Shown here in pieces: positions 1 to 10,568 of a DNA stretch of 64,000 bases. The stretch is from Chiloscyllium plagiosum. Its lineage: Eukaryota. The first letter of the stretch is position 1; each line of letters starts with the position of its first letter. Made by a program: the position numbers and the translations under genes. The stretch is from positions 15,013,345 through 15,077,344 of the forward strand of contig NC_057753.1 of assembly GCF_004010195.1 (NCBI RefSeq), given 5' to 3'. The notes under the pieces were generated by a model, which ran no database searches, was not told the origin of the DNA, and saw only the letters and a program-made list of their open reading frames with translations.

Positions 1-141
1 ATGACATGATGAAAGTATTTGAAAAAGTAAATGGACAAAATATCTTTATGATTGCAAATCACACATTTTCCTATGATTGTTAGTTCTCGAATATATGTGT
101 GTTCATTTCAATCGCTGTTCTCAGTAACTCTTATTTTGCAG

Positions 142-459
142 ATGAAAATTGGGCGCTAAGACTAGTGAATGGAGAAAGCCGCTGTGATGGCCGAGTTGAA
201 GTTTACTCTCATGGAAGCTGGGGCGGAGTGCAGGACACCGTGTGGGATCAGAATGTTGCCAACGTTGTCTGCAGACAGCTGGGATGCGGTTATGCCTCAG
301 AAATATATAATTCTTCAAAGTACGGGGAGAGTGATGGTGGTTCGTGGGTACATGTTGTCCAATGTCATGGACATGAATCACAGCTCCAGGACTGCAGGAT
401 CTCCAACACATTGAATTCGTCTGACATCGAAGGCAGTAGCATAGGGGTCCTCTGTTCAG
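142..459 (+). CDS. Gene A exon, SRCR domain (paralog of B SRCR4); 6 Cys, lacks the C2/C7 pair
   Basis: ttttgcag|AT...TCAG|gtaagc, 318 nt; LRLVNGESRCDGRVEV..W..VVCRQLGCG..C..C..GVLCS. Confidence 0.93.
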
Positions 460-673
460 GTAAGCAGACTCTTCACATTTAAACCAGCTCAGATACATTA
501 AGACAAATATTCATCTGCTAAGTAAATTGAGGATGTACACCACTTGCTTGTCAGTGTCACTCAAACTATTTATTCATCGTTCGGATATCAGCAGACCTGA
601 GGTGGGCGGCGGGTGCAGATGGATGAATATGAGAAATTGACACCATTGTGTTGTGAGATACAAGCATTACGTG

Positions 674-838
674 GCAGGTCAGGTGAATTGACTATGCTAA
701 ATTGCGCAGAGTGTTATTTGCATTAGTCAGAGGGAAATGGGTCTGGGTGGGTTAAACGTCGGAGGGTTGGTGTGGACTGGTTGGTCCAAAGGGCCACTTT
801 CCACAATGTAGGGAATCTAATCTTATCTAATCTAATCT
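674..838 (+). mobile_element. HE1/V-SINE, 3' half
   Basis: End of V-domain (GCAGGTCAGGTGAATTG..ATGCTAAATTG), GGGCC..TTTCCAC 3' end and (TCTAA)n tail. Confidence 0.8.
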
Positions 839-842
839 GAAG

Positions 843-1163
843 GGGCGGCAGGCTGGGACAGTGGATAGCACTGCTGCCTCACAGCGCCAGAAACCCGGGT
901 TCAATTCCCGCCTCAGGGAACTGTCTGAGTGGAGTTTGCACATTCTCCCCGTTTCTGCGTGAGTTTCCTCCGGGTGCTCCGATTTCCTCTCACAGTCCAA
1001 AGATATGCAGTATAGGTGAATTAGCCATGTTAAATTGCCTGTAGTGTTAGGTGAAGGGGTAAATGTAGGGGAATGACTGTGGGTGGGTTGCTCTTCAGAG
1101 GGTCGGTGTGGACTTGTTGGGCCGAAGGGCCTGTTTCCACACTCTGAGAAATCTAATCTAATC
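843..1163 (+). mobile_element. Full-length tRNA-derived HE1/V-SINE
   Basis: A box (CAGTGGATAGCA), B box (GGTTCAATTCC), V-domain GGAGTTTGCACATTCTCCCCG..GGGTGCTCCG, CR1-like 3' end with TCTAA repeats. Confidence 0.9.
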
Positions 1164-1214
1164 AGTAATCTAATTACAGTTTCTTAACCCAAAAGTACAG
1201 TTGACACACGTTCA

Positions 1215-1960
1215 CAAATTATACTTTTAATGGTAAGGTCCAGGGGATTGTTGCCAGACAATGAGACCTCGGTGTGCAGACTCGAAGTGCATTGAAAATG
1301 GAGGCATGGAGAGTCAGTGCAGTGAAGAAGGTGATTTGTACTCTTACATTCAATGATCCGTGCCACATAATACAAGGGTTCTAAAGTCATGCTGTGGCTG
1401 TACATTGGTTGGCCACTTTTGGAATTATGTGGATCATTCTGGCCACCCTTTTAGAAGAACAATGCTGGGAAACTTGAAAGAATTCAGAAAAGATTTGCAG
1501 TGATGTTAGCAGAGTTGGAAGGACTGACTTATATGGAGAAGATGAACAGACTGGGGCATTTTTGCCTGGATGGTCGGACGCTGAAGGGAGACCTGACAGA
1601 AGTATATTATATCAGGAGGGGCATGCATAAGGTGAATAGACAAGGCATTGTCCCCAGGATAGTGAAATCCGAATCTGGAGGGCAGAGGTTAAAAGTAAGG
1701 CGAAAAGATTTCTAATGGAACTGAGGGACTATGTTTGTCACAAAAGAGGTTGTACATATGAAATATCTTGACAGTGAGGTGTTGGAGGATAGTACAGTTA
1801 CAACATTTAAAAGGCATCTGGATTTGTGAATAAATAGGAAGGGTTTAGAGATATGTGTGCGGAATGTTGTCAAATAGGAGTGGATTAATTTAGAATACGT
1901 GATTGACATGGAGGAGTTGGACTGAAGGGTTTGTTTCTGTGCTGGACATCTCTAGGACTC
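1215..1960 (+). mobile_element. CR1/HER1 LINE 3' fragment
   Basis: Decayed ORF2 C-terminus (LEGLTYMEKMNRLGHFCLDGRTLKGDLTEVY) and 3' UTR. Confidence 0.85.
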
Positions 1961-2689
1961 CATTACTTGAAATGACCGCATTTCTTTCAATTAGTCGAGC
2001 TTTTTATCTTCTCTGAGAAACTTTTGATCTTGTGCAGCATTGCAGAGACTGAAAGCGCAGTTTGAATTTCATAGAAATTGAACGAGAGATGGATTCCATA
2101 CAAAGCAAGTGTCTTGAGATGTTTCACATGCGAAGTCGCCGCACTGGAATTATATAATATTTTGGGAGTCGTTGTGCGTTATGTATCTCGGAATGGTGAT
2201 GAGACCCTGAAGGAACGCTTTCATGCTCATTGAAATGTCGAGGCAATGGCTTCTTGGTGATTGTGTGTAAAGTACTCATCTCGAATTACAACCGGGGACA
2301 TTGGAACAACATTGGAATGCTGTGCGGTAGATATAAGCAACTGTGTGACTTGTGATCAATCAGAAAAGCAGTTTTCAAGCAGTGAGCAGGTCCTCTCGTG
2401 TCAGGTCCAGCTCACAAGTTGTCAAAAATTCCATTGTGCAGAATAAATTACAAACAGGTGTTATGCTGTTGACCTGATGGAAGCTTCACTTTTCCTCTAT
2501 AAAGATCATAAAATGGTTCGTTAGAAGCCGAAGACAGTGTTTTAATGGCGCACAAGTTTATTCTCAAATTGCAAGAAGCATGATTTAGACCAGAGCAGAA
2601 AACCGTGTGCAGTTAAGAAATCCACATCAGAGGATGCATTTGACAGTAATGGAGACAATGCAGGGGGCAACGTATGAGAGATTTTCTTG

Positions 2690-3130
2690 AGATGAACAAC
2701 ATTTAGCTATGTAGACAACTTGGCCAGATTTGGATTCATTTCCTTTGAACAGAGTCGACTGAGTATGGGCAAGATTGAGGTGTATAATAAGCAAGAAGGA
2801 ATCTTTCCCCTATGTTATGCAATTGCTTACCTTGCGGCATAGAGTTCAGGTGATGGACAGAAGGTTCAGAGGGACCTGAGGATATTCTTTTTTATCCACG
2901 TGGGGCGGGGGAGTAGTCTGGAACTCATTGCCTGTAAATGTGGTAGAGGCAGAAACGTTAGTGAAATCTAAGATAGATTTAGATGTGTACTTATAATGCG
3001 AAGGAGTTAAGGACGAACCCAAGTGCTGGGAAATGAGATTAAAATATTTTGGAGCTTGTTTTTGACAGAAACAGAATTGGTGGGCCGAAGGTTCTTTCTC
3101 TGTGCTGAAGACTTCTTAAATCCGTGATTC
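2690..3130 (+). mobile_element. CR1 LINE 3' fragment, degenerate
   Basis: Similar to the CR1 ORF2 end and the GGGCCGAAGG 3' UTR motif. Confidence 0.65.
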
Positions 3131-3711
3131 TGTGAATTAGTTCTGGACCTTTGTATCTAAGTACACGTGATAATAACATGAAATGACTTTTCGTCCCCTT
3201 TCAGTATTTACACTTCTACAACTACTCAAAGTGCTATTGCTGTCATGCTAATATATATGTTGTCTTTCAGTTATATTCTCGTAAGGTATAGTATTCTCAT
3301 GTGCGCTGATGAATGAAAGCTGAGACGGTATTTATATTGGACAAACGTACAGTTATGTGCACTATAAAATAGGTTGAGAATTAGACAAAGTAACGCGTGG
3401 ACAGACATAAATGGAGTGACAGGAAGAGAAAGCACAAATGCAACTGTTTGCAAAATATTTCTCGGAATGTTCAATATAGAAAGGGAAACTGAACCTGGCA
3501 GTACCAGGTGCAATAAGATATTTTGAAACATTTATGTGCTGTACATTCTTGCTAAAAGATTACACTTGATCGATTAATTTTGTAAGAAATTATGTTTCAG
3601 CACAATAAGTATTTCTCATGAGAACATTTAAAACGCTCTTTCCTGTACCTTTTCACTATGTTGTCCTGAGTGATGAAGGGAATGTGCATTAAATGTGTAA
3701 TTTTTTCACAG

Positions 3712-4029
3712 ATCACTTTCAGTTAAGGCTGTCAGATGGTGGAAGTCCTTGTGCTGGTCGAGTGGAGATTTACTACAATGGAATATGGGGCTCAGTTTGT
3801 GATGATTCATGGGATGTGGTAGACGCTGACGTCGTTTGTAAACAACTGGGTTGTGGAAAAGCACTGGATATGACACTCCCTTCCTCCTCTGGACCGGGCT
3901 CAGGCCACATTTGGTGGAAGGACGTGAAGTGTTTTGGAAACGAATCATTTCTCTGGGAATGTCCTTCAGTCCCATTGGGTCACCAAGACGACTGTTCTCA
4001 TAAAGAGGATGTGAGAATTATGTGCTCGG
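3712..4029 (+). CDS. Gene A exon, canonical 8-Cys SRCR domain (paralog of B SRCR5)
   Basis: ttttcacag|AT...TCGG|gtgagg, 318 nt; [22 protein letters not shown]...[12 protein letters not shown]. Confidence 0.95.
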
Positions 4030-5094
4030 GTGAGGCCATTCTTCAATGCTTTTACTTTGCTCGAATGTTGTAGGTGAGACGTCATGCTGACATATGTTCA
4101 CTGAATTCGAAGGAATGTAGAGCAGCGGCAGTAATTTAAAGAAACGATCTCTGACACTTACATGTACACAAAAAGTGAAAGAACAATTCGTTTCTCTAAT
4201 CTAACTTGCTTTTCTGTCAGTTTTTTTCACCTTCTATTGATACAAGACGCGTTTGTCATGAAAAGTGTCATTTTTGATCTGTTGTCACCACTCCAAGAGG
4301 ATGCCAATATTGTCCTGATAGTCATAAAAGGTTTATTAAAAATTAATTCCAAATTTATGATCTTTACTTTTGTATCGATCCACCAGAAATATGAGACCTG
4401 TTCGTGTGTCTATCGAACTATTTGTGACTCGAAAATGAAGGAGTGACTTTTTTTCTTTATGTTTCCGAGCAGACTTCACTGTATCAGACACAGCTCCTGT
4501 ACAATTGTGTCAGACCTGTACTGCCTGTTTATTACTGTGCACTTGCGGTTTTCATGATTTTTCAGAACAGTAAAAATATTCCGTAATTTGCTTCCAACTG
4601 AGCAGTTTGAAACTTCCCTGGTGATACAAAATTAAAATTGATTGCATATATATCTATATATATATATAATTGAACAGCCATGATATCAGAACCCGTTCCA
4701 GTGGATCATCACTTCTGAAAAGTGGACAATTTACTTTTAACACAGGCTTTCTGTTTTCTGTCAGTTTCTGCTTCTCGACCATTTCGGGTTCTCAAACAGT
4801 TCGCCAGATTCTAGTCGTGTCTTGGTCAAGTCCTTCTAAACTCCATGCACGATGCACATTTGGCTCATTCCTTTTTTCATTGCAATATGTGTCATGAAGA
4901 AAACTGAACACAACGATCCGCGGATGCAGCGGGACCTGAAGATTTGTCTGTGCTTTCTCTCTTCACAGATTCTGTTGAGTTTCTCCAGCAATTCCCTTTG
5001 TTCATATCATGCATCCTGCTCGTTTCGGCAATCACAGGACACACCAGAGATATGAACAATCTAACAATCTGGATATATGTTATTGTTTGAACAG

Positions 5095-5412
5095 GACACA
5101 AGGAGCTGCGGCTGGTGAATGGAAAGCATCGCTGTGAGGGAAGAGTGGAGGTGTTCTACAATGGGACCTGGGGAACAGTGTGTTCAGACACATTGGATTC
5201 ACACGTTGCCAAAGTGATTTGTAAACAGCTTCACTGTGGTGCGTTCCAGTATGTTGAATACGACGCTCAATCATTCGGAGCAGGAACGGGAACTATTTGG
5301 CTCGATGAGATGGAGTGTCTGTCACACGAGTCGACACTGTGGCAATGTCACACAGATCCGTGGGGTCAACACGACTGTCAACACCGGGAAGATGCTGGTG
5401 TAGTTTGTTCAG
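5095..5412 (+). CDS. Gene A exon, 8-Cys SRCR domain (paralog of B SRCR6)
   Basis: gaacag|GA...TCAG|gtaaca, 318 nt; LRLVNGKHRCEGRVEVFYNGTWGTVCS...CQHREDAGVVCS. Confidence 0.95.
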
Positions 5413-5495
5413 GTAACATGACAAGCCTTCTCAATGTTCGGGTCATACTCAAACATGAATTCCCAATAGACTGAGCATCTTTCTCCTTCCACCAG

Positions 5496-5552
5496 AGAGC
5501 AAAGTGACAAAGGAGCAGTCCCTCAGTTCAACTTACTGCCATCAACAATTAG
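5496..5552 (+). CDS. Gene A inter-domain linker exon (ESKVTKEQSLSSTYCHQQL)
   Basis: ccttccaccag|AG...TTAG|gtgcgt, 57 nt, phase 1/1; same size and sites as 47405-47461. Confidence 0.8.
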
Positions 5553-5633
5553 GTGCGTCTTCTTTCTCTATGAGCGAATTCTTGGAGATTCTGCTTTGCA
5601 CTGCATTCAATAATAATCAGTTCTGTACCACAG

Positions 5634-5951
5634 ATACGCAAGACAGTGTGCTCTTGCATGGAGGAAGCAGCAACTGTTCTGGAAGAGTGGAAATCATGTG
5701 CGATAAACGCTGGGGAACGTTGTGTGGCAATTCCTGGGATATAACTGATGCTAATGTTGTCTGCAGAGAGCTGGGATGTGGCTTCGCTCGATCAGCCCGA
5801 GATGAGGCCGCTCTCTCCCAGGAGAAAGATGTTATCTGGCAGAATGATGTGAAGTGTAAGGGAAGAGAATTCTCTCTGTTGGACTGTCTCTCCGCAGCTC
5901 CAGCTAAAAGCAAGTGTAACCACAAGGAAATTGCCAGTGTAATGTGTTCTG
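5634..5951 (+). CDS. Gene A exon, membrane-proximal SRCR domain (9 Cys)
   Basis: ccacag|AT...TCTG|gtaaga, 318 nt; GGSSNCSGRVEIMCDKRWGTLCGNSWD...CNHKEIASVMCS. Confidence 0.94.
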
Positions 5952-6061
5952 GTAAGATTGATGCTGACTGACGTGCGGCATTAATGTTAAAAATCAGGGC
6001 AACTATTTGATTTGCTAAGTTACATTGCCCTTTATAATTATTCGTACTTTCTGTTCCACAG

Positions 6062-6103
6062 GATCCGAGTTGGTGACGGTCTCCCCTTCACCTCCACCTG
6101 CGG
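6062..6103 (+). CDS. Gene A Pro/Ser-rich stalk exon (GSELVTVSPSPPPA)
   Basis: ttccacag|GA...GCGG|gtattt, 42 nt; paralogous to 47985-48026. Confidence 0.8.
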
Positions 6104-6287
6104 GTATTTATGACTGATATTATTATTAGTATTTGTGTTCGCGTTACTTTCCTGAAAAGTGACATTGATGCTGTTGACATTTTCACGATTTGGATGCGAG
6201 TGTCATTGTTTCCTTAATGATGATTATTTACAATTTTCCATGGCAGACCTTAACTATGCTAAACCCATTTGTACTCCCTCCTTTAAG

Positions 6288-6404
6288 GACAGGAAAGTCC
6301 GTCTATTTCCATGCCAGTTGTCGTCTGTTCATCTTTGGGAGTCTTGTTAATCTGTGAGTTAATCGCATTACTGGTGGTCATGCAAAGAAAATTGCAAATG
6401 AAAG
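6288..6404 (+). CDS. Gene A transmembrane exon (GQESPSISMPVVVCSSLGVLLICELIALLVVMQRKLQMK)
   Basis: ctcctttaag|GA...AAAG|gtaagc, 117 nt; hydrophobic helix then basic stop-transfer residues; not in the ORF track. Confidence 0.88.
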
Positions 6405-7759
6405 GTAAGCATCATATCTACCAACTGAGATAACACTGCGTCACTTTCACTGTTGCATATGTTCTCGGGGCTGTACGTTTTTATTGCACTTTTCGAGCAT
6501 TTGACTGAGATGGTCACGATTGTACGGCAGGTCTTGGCTGTTTGTTTTCTTCGAGGGACTTTGCCCAATGAAACGCTAAGTTTTAATAAACACTCAGATA
6601 AATGCATCAAATCTGTAAATAGCAGTTAAAAGAATATTCTAACTGTGTGAAGTATGCATCAAGTCGCTCAATATATTTGGAGAGAAACTGAATTAACGTA
6701 TAATGTGGAGTTGCTACAGTCATTATCAGTGGGAAAGAAATATAATGACTGCACTTTCTTATCTTTCAGTTAACATATACATGACATTCCAGAGCAGGTC
6801 AATGACGGCAGCAATATGTCTCCATTTCATTGAGTTATTTGCAGACTGCCTCTAAATATTTCTTCATTAGTTACTATTATTTATGGTTCTTGAGTGTCTG
6901 GGTGCTGCTACCACAACCCAAGATCATTGAGAGGATTAAGGGTCCTTTTAAGGGAACTTCCAGTTAGGCAACAATTGGCTTCCCTTGACTGAGCAAATGA
7001 TACTTCTGTACTTTGCACAATAATTTAAAAGCGTTTGCTTGGGAACCATTTTCCACGAGTTGGCAATGACAATCAACACTAATAACAATCATTTTCTATC
7101 CTTTCACATGCTCTTAATTTTCCTTTACATATAGCCATAAAAACTAGGCACTTAGTCTATCACGATCAAAGTCATCAAGGTGCACCTTATTTCATTCGTC
7201 TCACGTTTTGGTTTTTAACTAATTGTCATAATTCTGCAATTGTTTAATGAAAGTAGTCCAATTCTAACAACATTATTATCAACCTTGTTTGTTAGCACCA
7301 CGGTATGTTGAACATTAATTTGTAATCTCCTCAATGGTATCAAGTTTTTTAAAAAAAATATAGGTTATTAGCATTTTCGTTTTTTCATTGCATGAAAGAG
7401 TTTCATTTTCTGCACTCAACATTTTCACTCACATTTACGAGCTGAGAATTTTCTTGAATAGATGTTTGAATCAGCAAAATTAGAACAAAATACCCAAATT
7501 TATACCAACAAGAACGTTTGGCTCTTTCTGTTTAACATACTAGGTTCGGGAACTGATGTGACATGGAAATTAATCATGGCCTGTTCACTTGTTTTTCCAA
7601 TATGTTCTCCCTTCAGCGATCAGTTAATGTTGTGTGAAGATTCTAATCTACAGCATTGTGTGAACTCGTTCTTCTCTCCCCTGGTTCTTCAGATATAAAC
7701 ACCTTGTTTCTGCGAGTGTTCAGCTACAAATGCTGACCAGTCTATTGTTTATTCTACAG

Positions 7760-7867
7760 AACTTTACCTTGGTGGCAGAGGCTCACGCCTTGGTTTGTAC
7801 CAAGGAATTTATGAAGAAATTGAGAATATTCCCCCTTGCAAGAGGACGGATCACAAACATGGACCAG
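7760..7867 (+). CDS. Gene A cytoplasmic exon 1 (ELYLGGRGSRLGLYQGIYEEIENIPPCKRTDHKHGP)
   Basis: ttctacag|AA...CCAG|gtatat, 108 nt, in frame; YEEI motif; paralogous to 49604-49681. Confidence 0.85.
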
Positions 7868-9134
7868 GTATATATTTCCTATTTTATCGTGAATCATGAC
7901 TGGATAAGTGTAGCTTCCATTTAATTTGCAGTCTTCCGTGATCAATGACTGAATGAACATGATTATTAGTTAAAACACAGTCGTCGTGTGTGGGAAGCTA
8001 TCTCATTAACTGTGTCTCTGTCCGCTTTTCGTGAGATGAAGAATTTCAATATGATAATTCCCACTGGCCTACATTCCTGATAGATTATTTCTGGCATGCA
8101 TTTGAAAATGCAAACAGAACTATCAATTTCACTTCTACCCTGGTTCCACCCTGACCCCTTCAGATGGCTGGACAACTAATCAATTCGTCATTGATTTTAA
8201 AATAATATAACTTTTGCAGTAAGTATGGATTAGACAGCACCAAAGAGCGGAAGCAAAATTGAGGAATCAATGTATAAACAAATATGATGAATCACAGAAG
8301 ATGAGTGGTGCTGAAAGTGTGCATATGACTCTGAAACTTTGCAGGTGTTCAGATACAGTGTAACTGAATGGAAAGAAAATGTCTGGTAGATGATAAATGT
8401 GAAATTATCCATCTTGGTTGGAATAAAATTAGAAATGACTATTATTTGAACGGACATGGCCTGAAAAGTACAGATAGCAGATTTAGGACCAAATTGAGGA
8501 GGAACATTTTCACCCACAGGATTGAGAATTTATGGAATTCCCTGCCTCATCAGATGTTTTTAGAACTGGGGTGAATAATGTTTTGAACGTTAAAATCGTG
8601 AGTAAGTCGAACTGAAGCCACGAAAAGATCAGTTATGATCTTATTGAACGGCGGAACTGGCTGCAACGGTCAGATGGAGTACTCCTGCTCTTAGATCTTA
8701 TATCATATTCCTTCCCGCAGTGGGTTCACTTGAAATTATTCCAGATATTTCTACAGGCACGATTAAAGAACAATACTTTCTGTTGTCACCCTGCAATTAA
8801 TAACATAAAACCTTCATCTACAGTCCATAAGTCTACGACATACAGGATCAGGATTAGATCATTTGGCTCATCGAGTCTATTCTGTCATTCAATAAGGGCT
8901 GATGTGCTTCTCAACCACTTTGCGTTGCCTTCTCCTTGGATGTTTTTATCCCCTTATTAATCAATAACCTTTGTATTTCTGTTTTAAATACACACTGATT
9001 GGCCTCAATAGCCATCTGTGTTCCATAGATTCGCAAGCCTCTGGTTGAAGAATATTTGCCTCATTCTAAATCTTATTGATCCTGGCTTCTCTTGGAAATC
9101 GAGTTTGAAAATAACTCTCCATTTTTATTTTTAG

Positions 9135-9248
9135 TAATTTATGCTTCCATTGACTCACTCAATCGCATTGAATACTACACCAGTCACAACTTGACTGACT
9201 ATAATCCCGGATCTGAAAATCTTGAGGTGAAATCTAACAGCATTCCAG
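9135..9248 (+). CDS. Gene A cytoplasmic exon 2 (VIYASIDSLNRIEYYTSHNLTDYNPGSENLEVKSNSIP)
   Basis: tttttag|TA...CCAG|gtgtgt, 114 nt; same size as 51260-51373. Confidence 0.83.
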
Positions 9249-10436
9249 GTGTGTATAGCATCACTTTCTGTCAATTAATTTTCGTTCCACACCCTCTAAG
9301 CTGTCCAAATCTTAACGATTGCAACCCTCACAAGGTAGTGTGACCACTGGAATATTTGTTAAAGAGAAAATCGCTGTTTTGATACCACATGATCATGGAC
9401 ATGATCTGTCCGGCTGTCTTGTTGCTTACAGAGATTGTAGAGCCTATGGCCTCTACTTGTAATGTGCAAAGAGACGTGCGTTCGATGTCGTTGCTTTCAG
9501 GAACTGCACTCACACCCATTCCCGAAGAAGAATGCGTCTCCTTAAGCTGAACATTACAAAAACAACCAGGTTATCATTCTAATCGCATTTTTCCAGCACA
9601 CCTTGGCCCACAGCCTTGTATGTCTTGACATTGTAAGTGCATCACTGAATACGTTTTTGAGCGGGTTTTGCCTCTATCACCCTTCCTGGCAGAGAGTCGA
9701 AGATTTCCTCTTTACTTCTCCCATCACTTCTCTGAAATGTATGATCCCTGATCTTTGATCTCTCCACCAAAGAGAAATGTTTCTCCTGTCTTCCCCAACT
9801 ACTGTCGTCATCATTTCATGACTCATCGCAGGCATGCCAGCGACTCTGCATGCTCAGCTCCAAGTCAATCAATTGCAAAACAGATACAGCGATAGGTCTC
9901 TCAGCCCTTCGTAACTCTTCCTCCTTTCAATGAGATAATTCCAAACTATGATGTGGCCTAAATCCAGCTCCCTACCTTTGAAGCATGTCCATAAATACCT
10001 TTGATCAGCAATAATCTCGGCCACATTTAAAATTAAGAATTGATCAGACATCAGCTAATTTTTGGGAAATATATTTCCAAACCCTGTACAGCTTTATCCT
10101 TTCTTGACATCTTCCCTGAACGGTCTGGCATTAATTCTGTGTATTACACCTCGAGCTAAAATAGTCTAATCAGTTGAAGTAGTTTACTTTATGTTCCCTG
10201 TCTTATGCGGGTTATTATCTTGAATAATTCAATCAGATAATCTTTCACCTTCTCATTTCCACAGAAAACAATCCCAATTTGCACCAACTCTGCTCATTCC
10301 GTAACTTCAGAATTATGACCTAACTCTTCTGGTCTCAGTTTCCAGCACTTGCCTTATCTGAGACATTCGTCTCGTTTTCTAGTTTTCGTTGTTGTGTATT
10401 TCAATTTGTATCAGTGATGCTCATCTTTCTCTCCAG

Positions 10437-10568
10437 GTCGAATTCGTGGTGAGTATGACGATGTTGAGACTGAAGATGCAGAATGTCATGATGGAAAGTT
10501 ACAATTGGACAGTGATCCTGATGAACCACTCACACTTACAGATGATGACAGTGGTCTTTGTTCACTCG
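10437..10568 (+). CDS. Gene A cytoplasmic exon 3 (GRIRGEYDDVETEDAECHDGKLQLDSDPDEPLTLTDDDSGLCSL)
   Basis: ctctccag|GT...CTCG|gtcagt, 132 nt; acidic, YDDV motif; paralogous to 52664-52792. Confidence 0.83.

Noticed and set aside
121..498. Antisense and alternative-frame ORFs over SRCR exons (121-498, 3706-3975, 5617-5925, 38096-38386, 43854-44159, 45615-45953, 47537-47827)
   Set aside because: Shadow ORFs of real exons; their A/B similarity simply follows the sense-strand paralogy
843..915. tRNA-like A/B boxes
   Set aside because: Head of a tRNA-derived SINE continuing into the V-domain, not a tRNA gene
6770..6855. Conserved ctttcag acceptor followed by about 28-31 open codons after the TM exon (also near 48695 in B), a possible short-tail terminal exon
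   Set aside because: The whole intron is homologous between units, peptide conservation is modest and there is no in-phase donor; cannot be supported without transcripts
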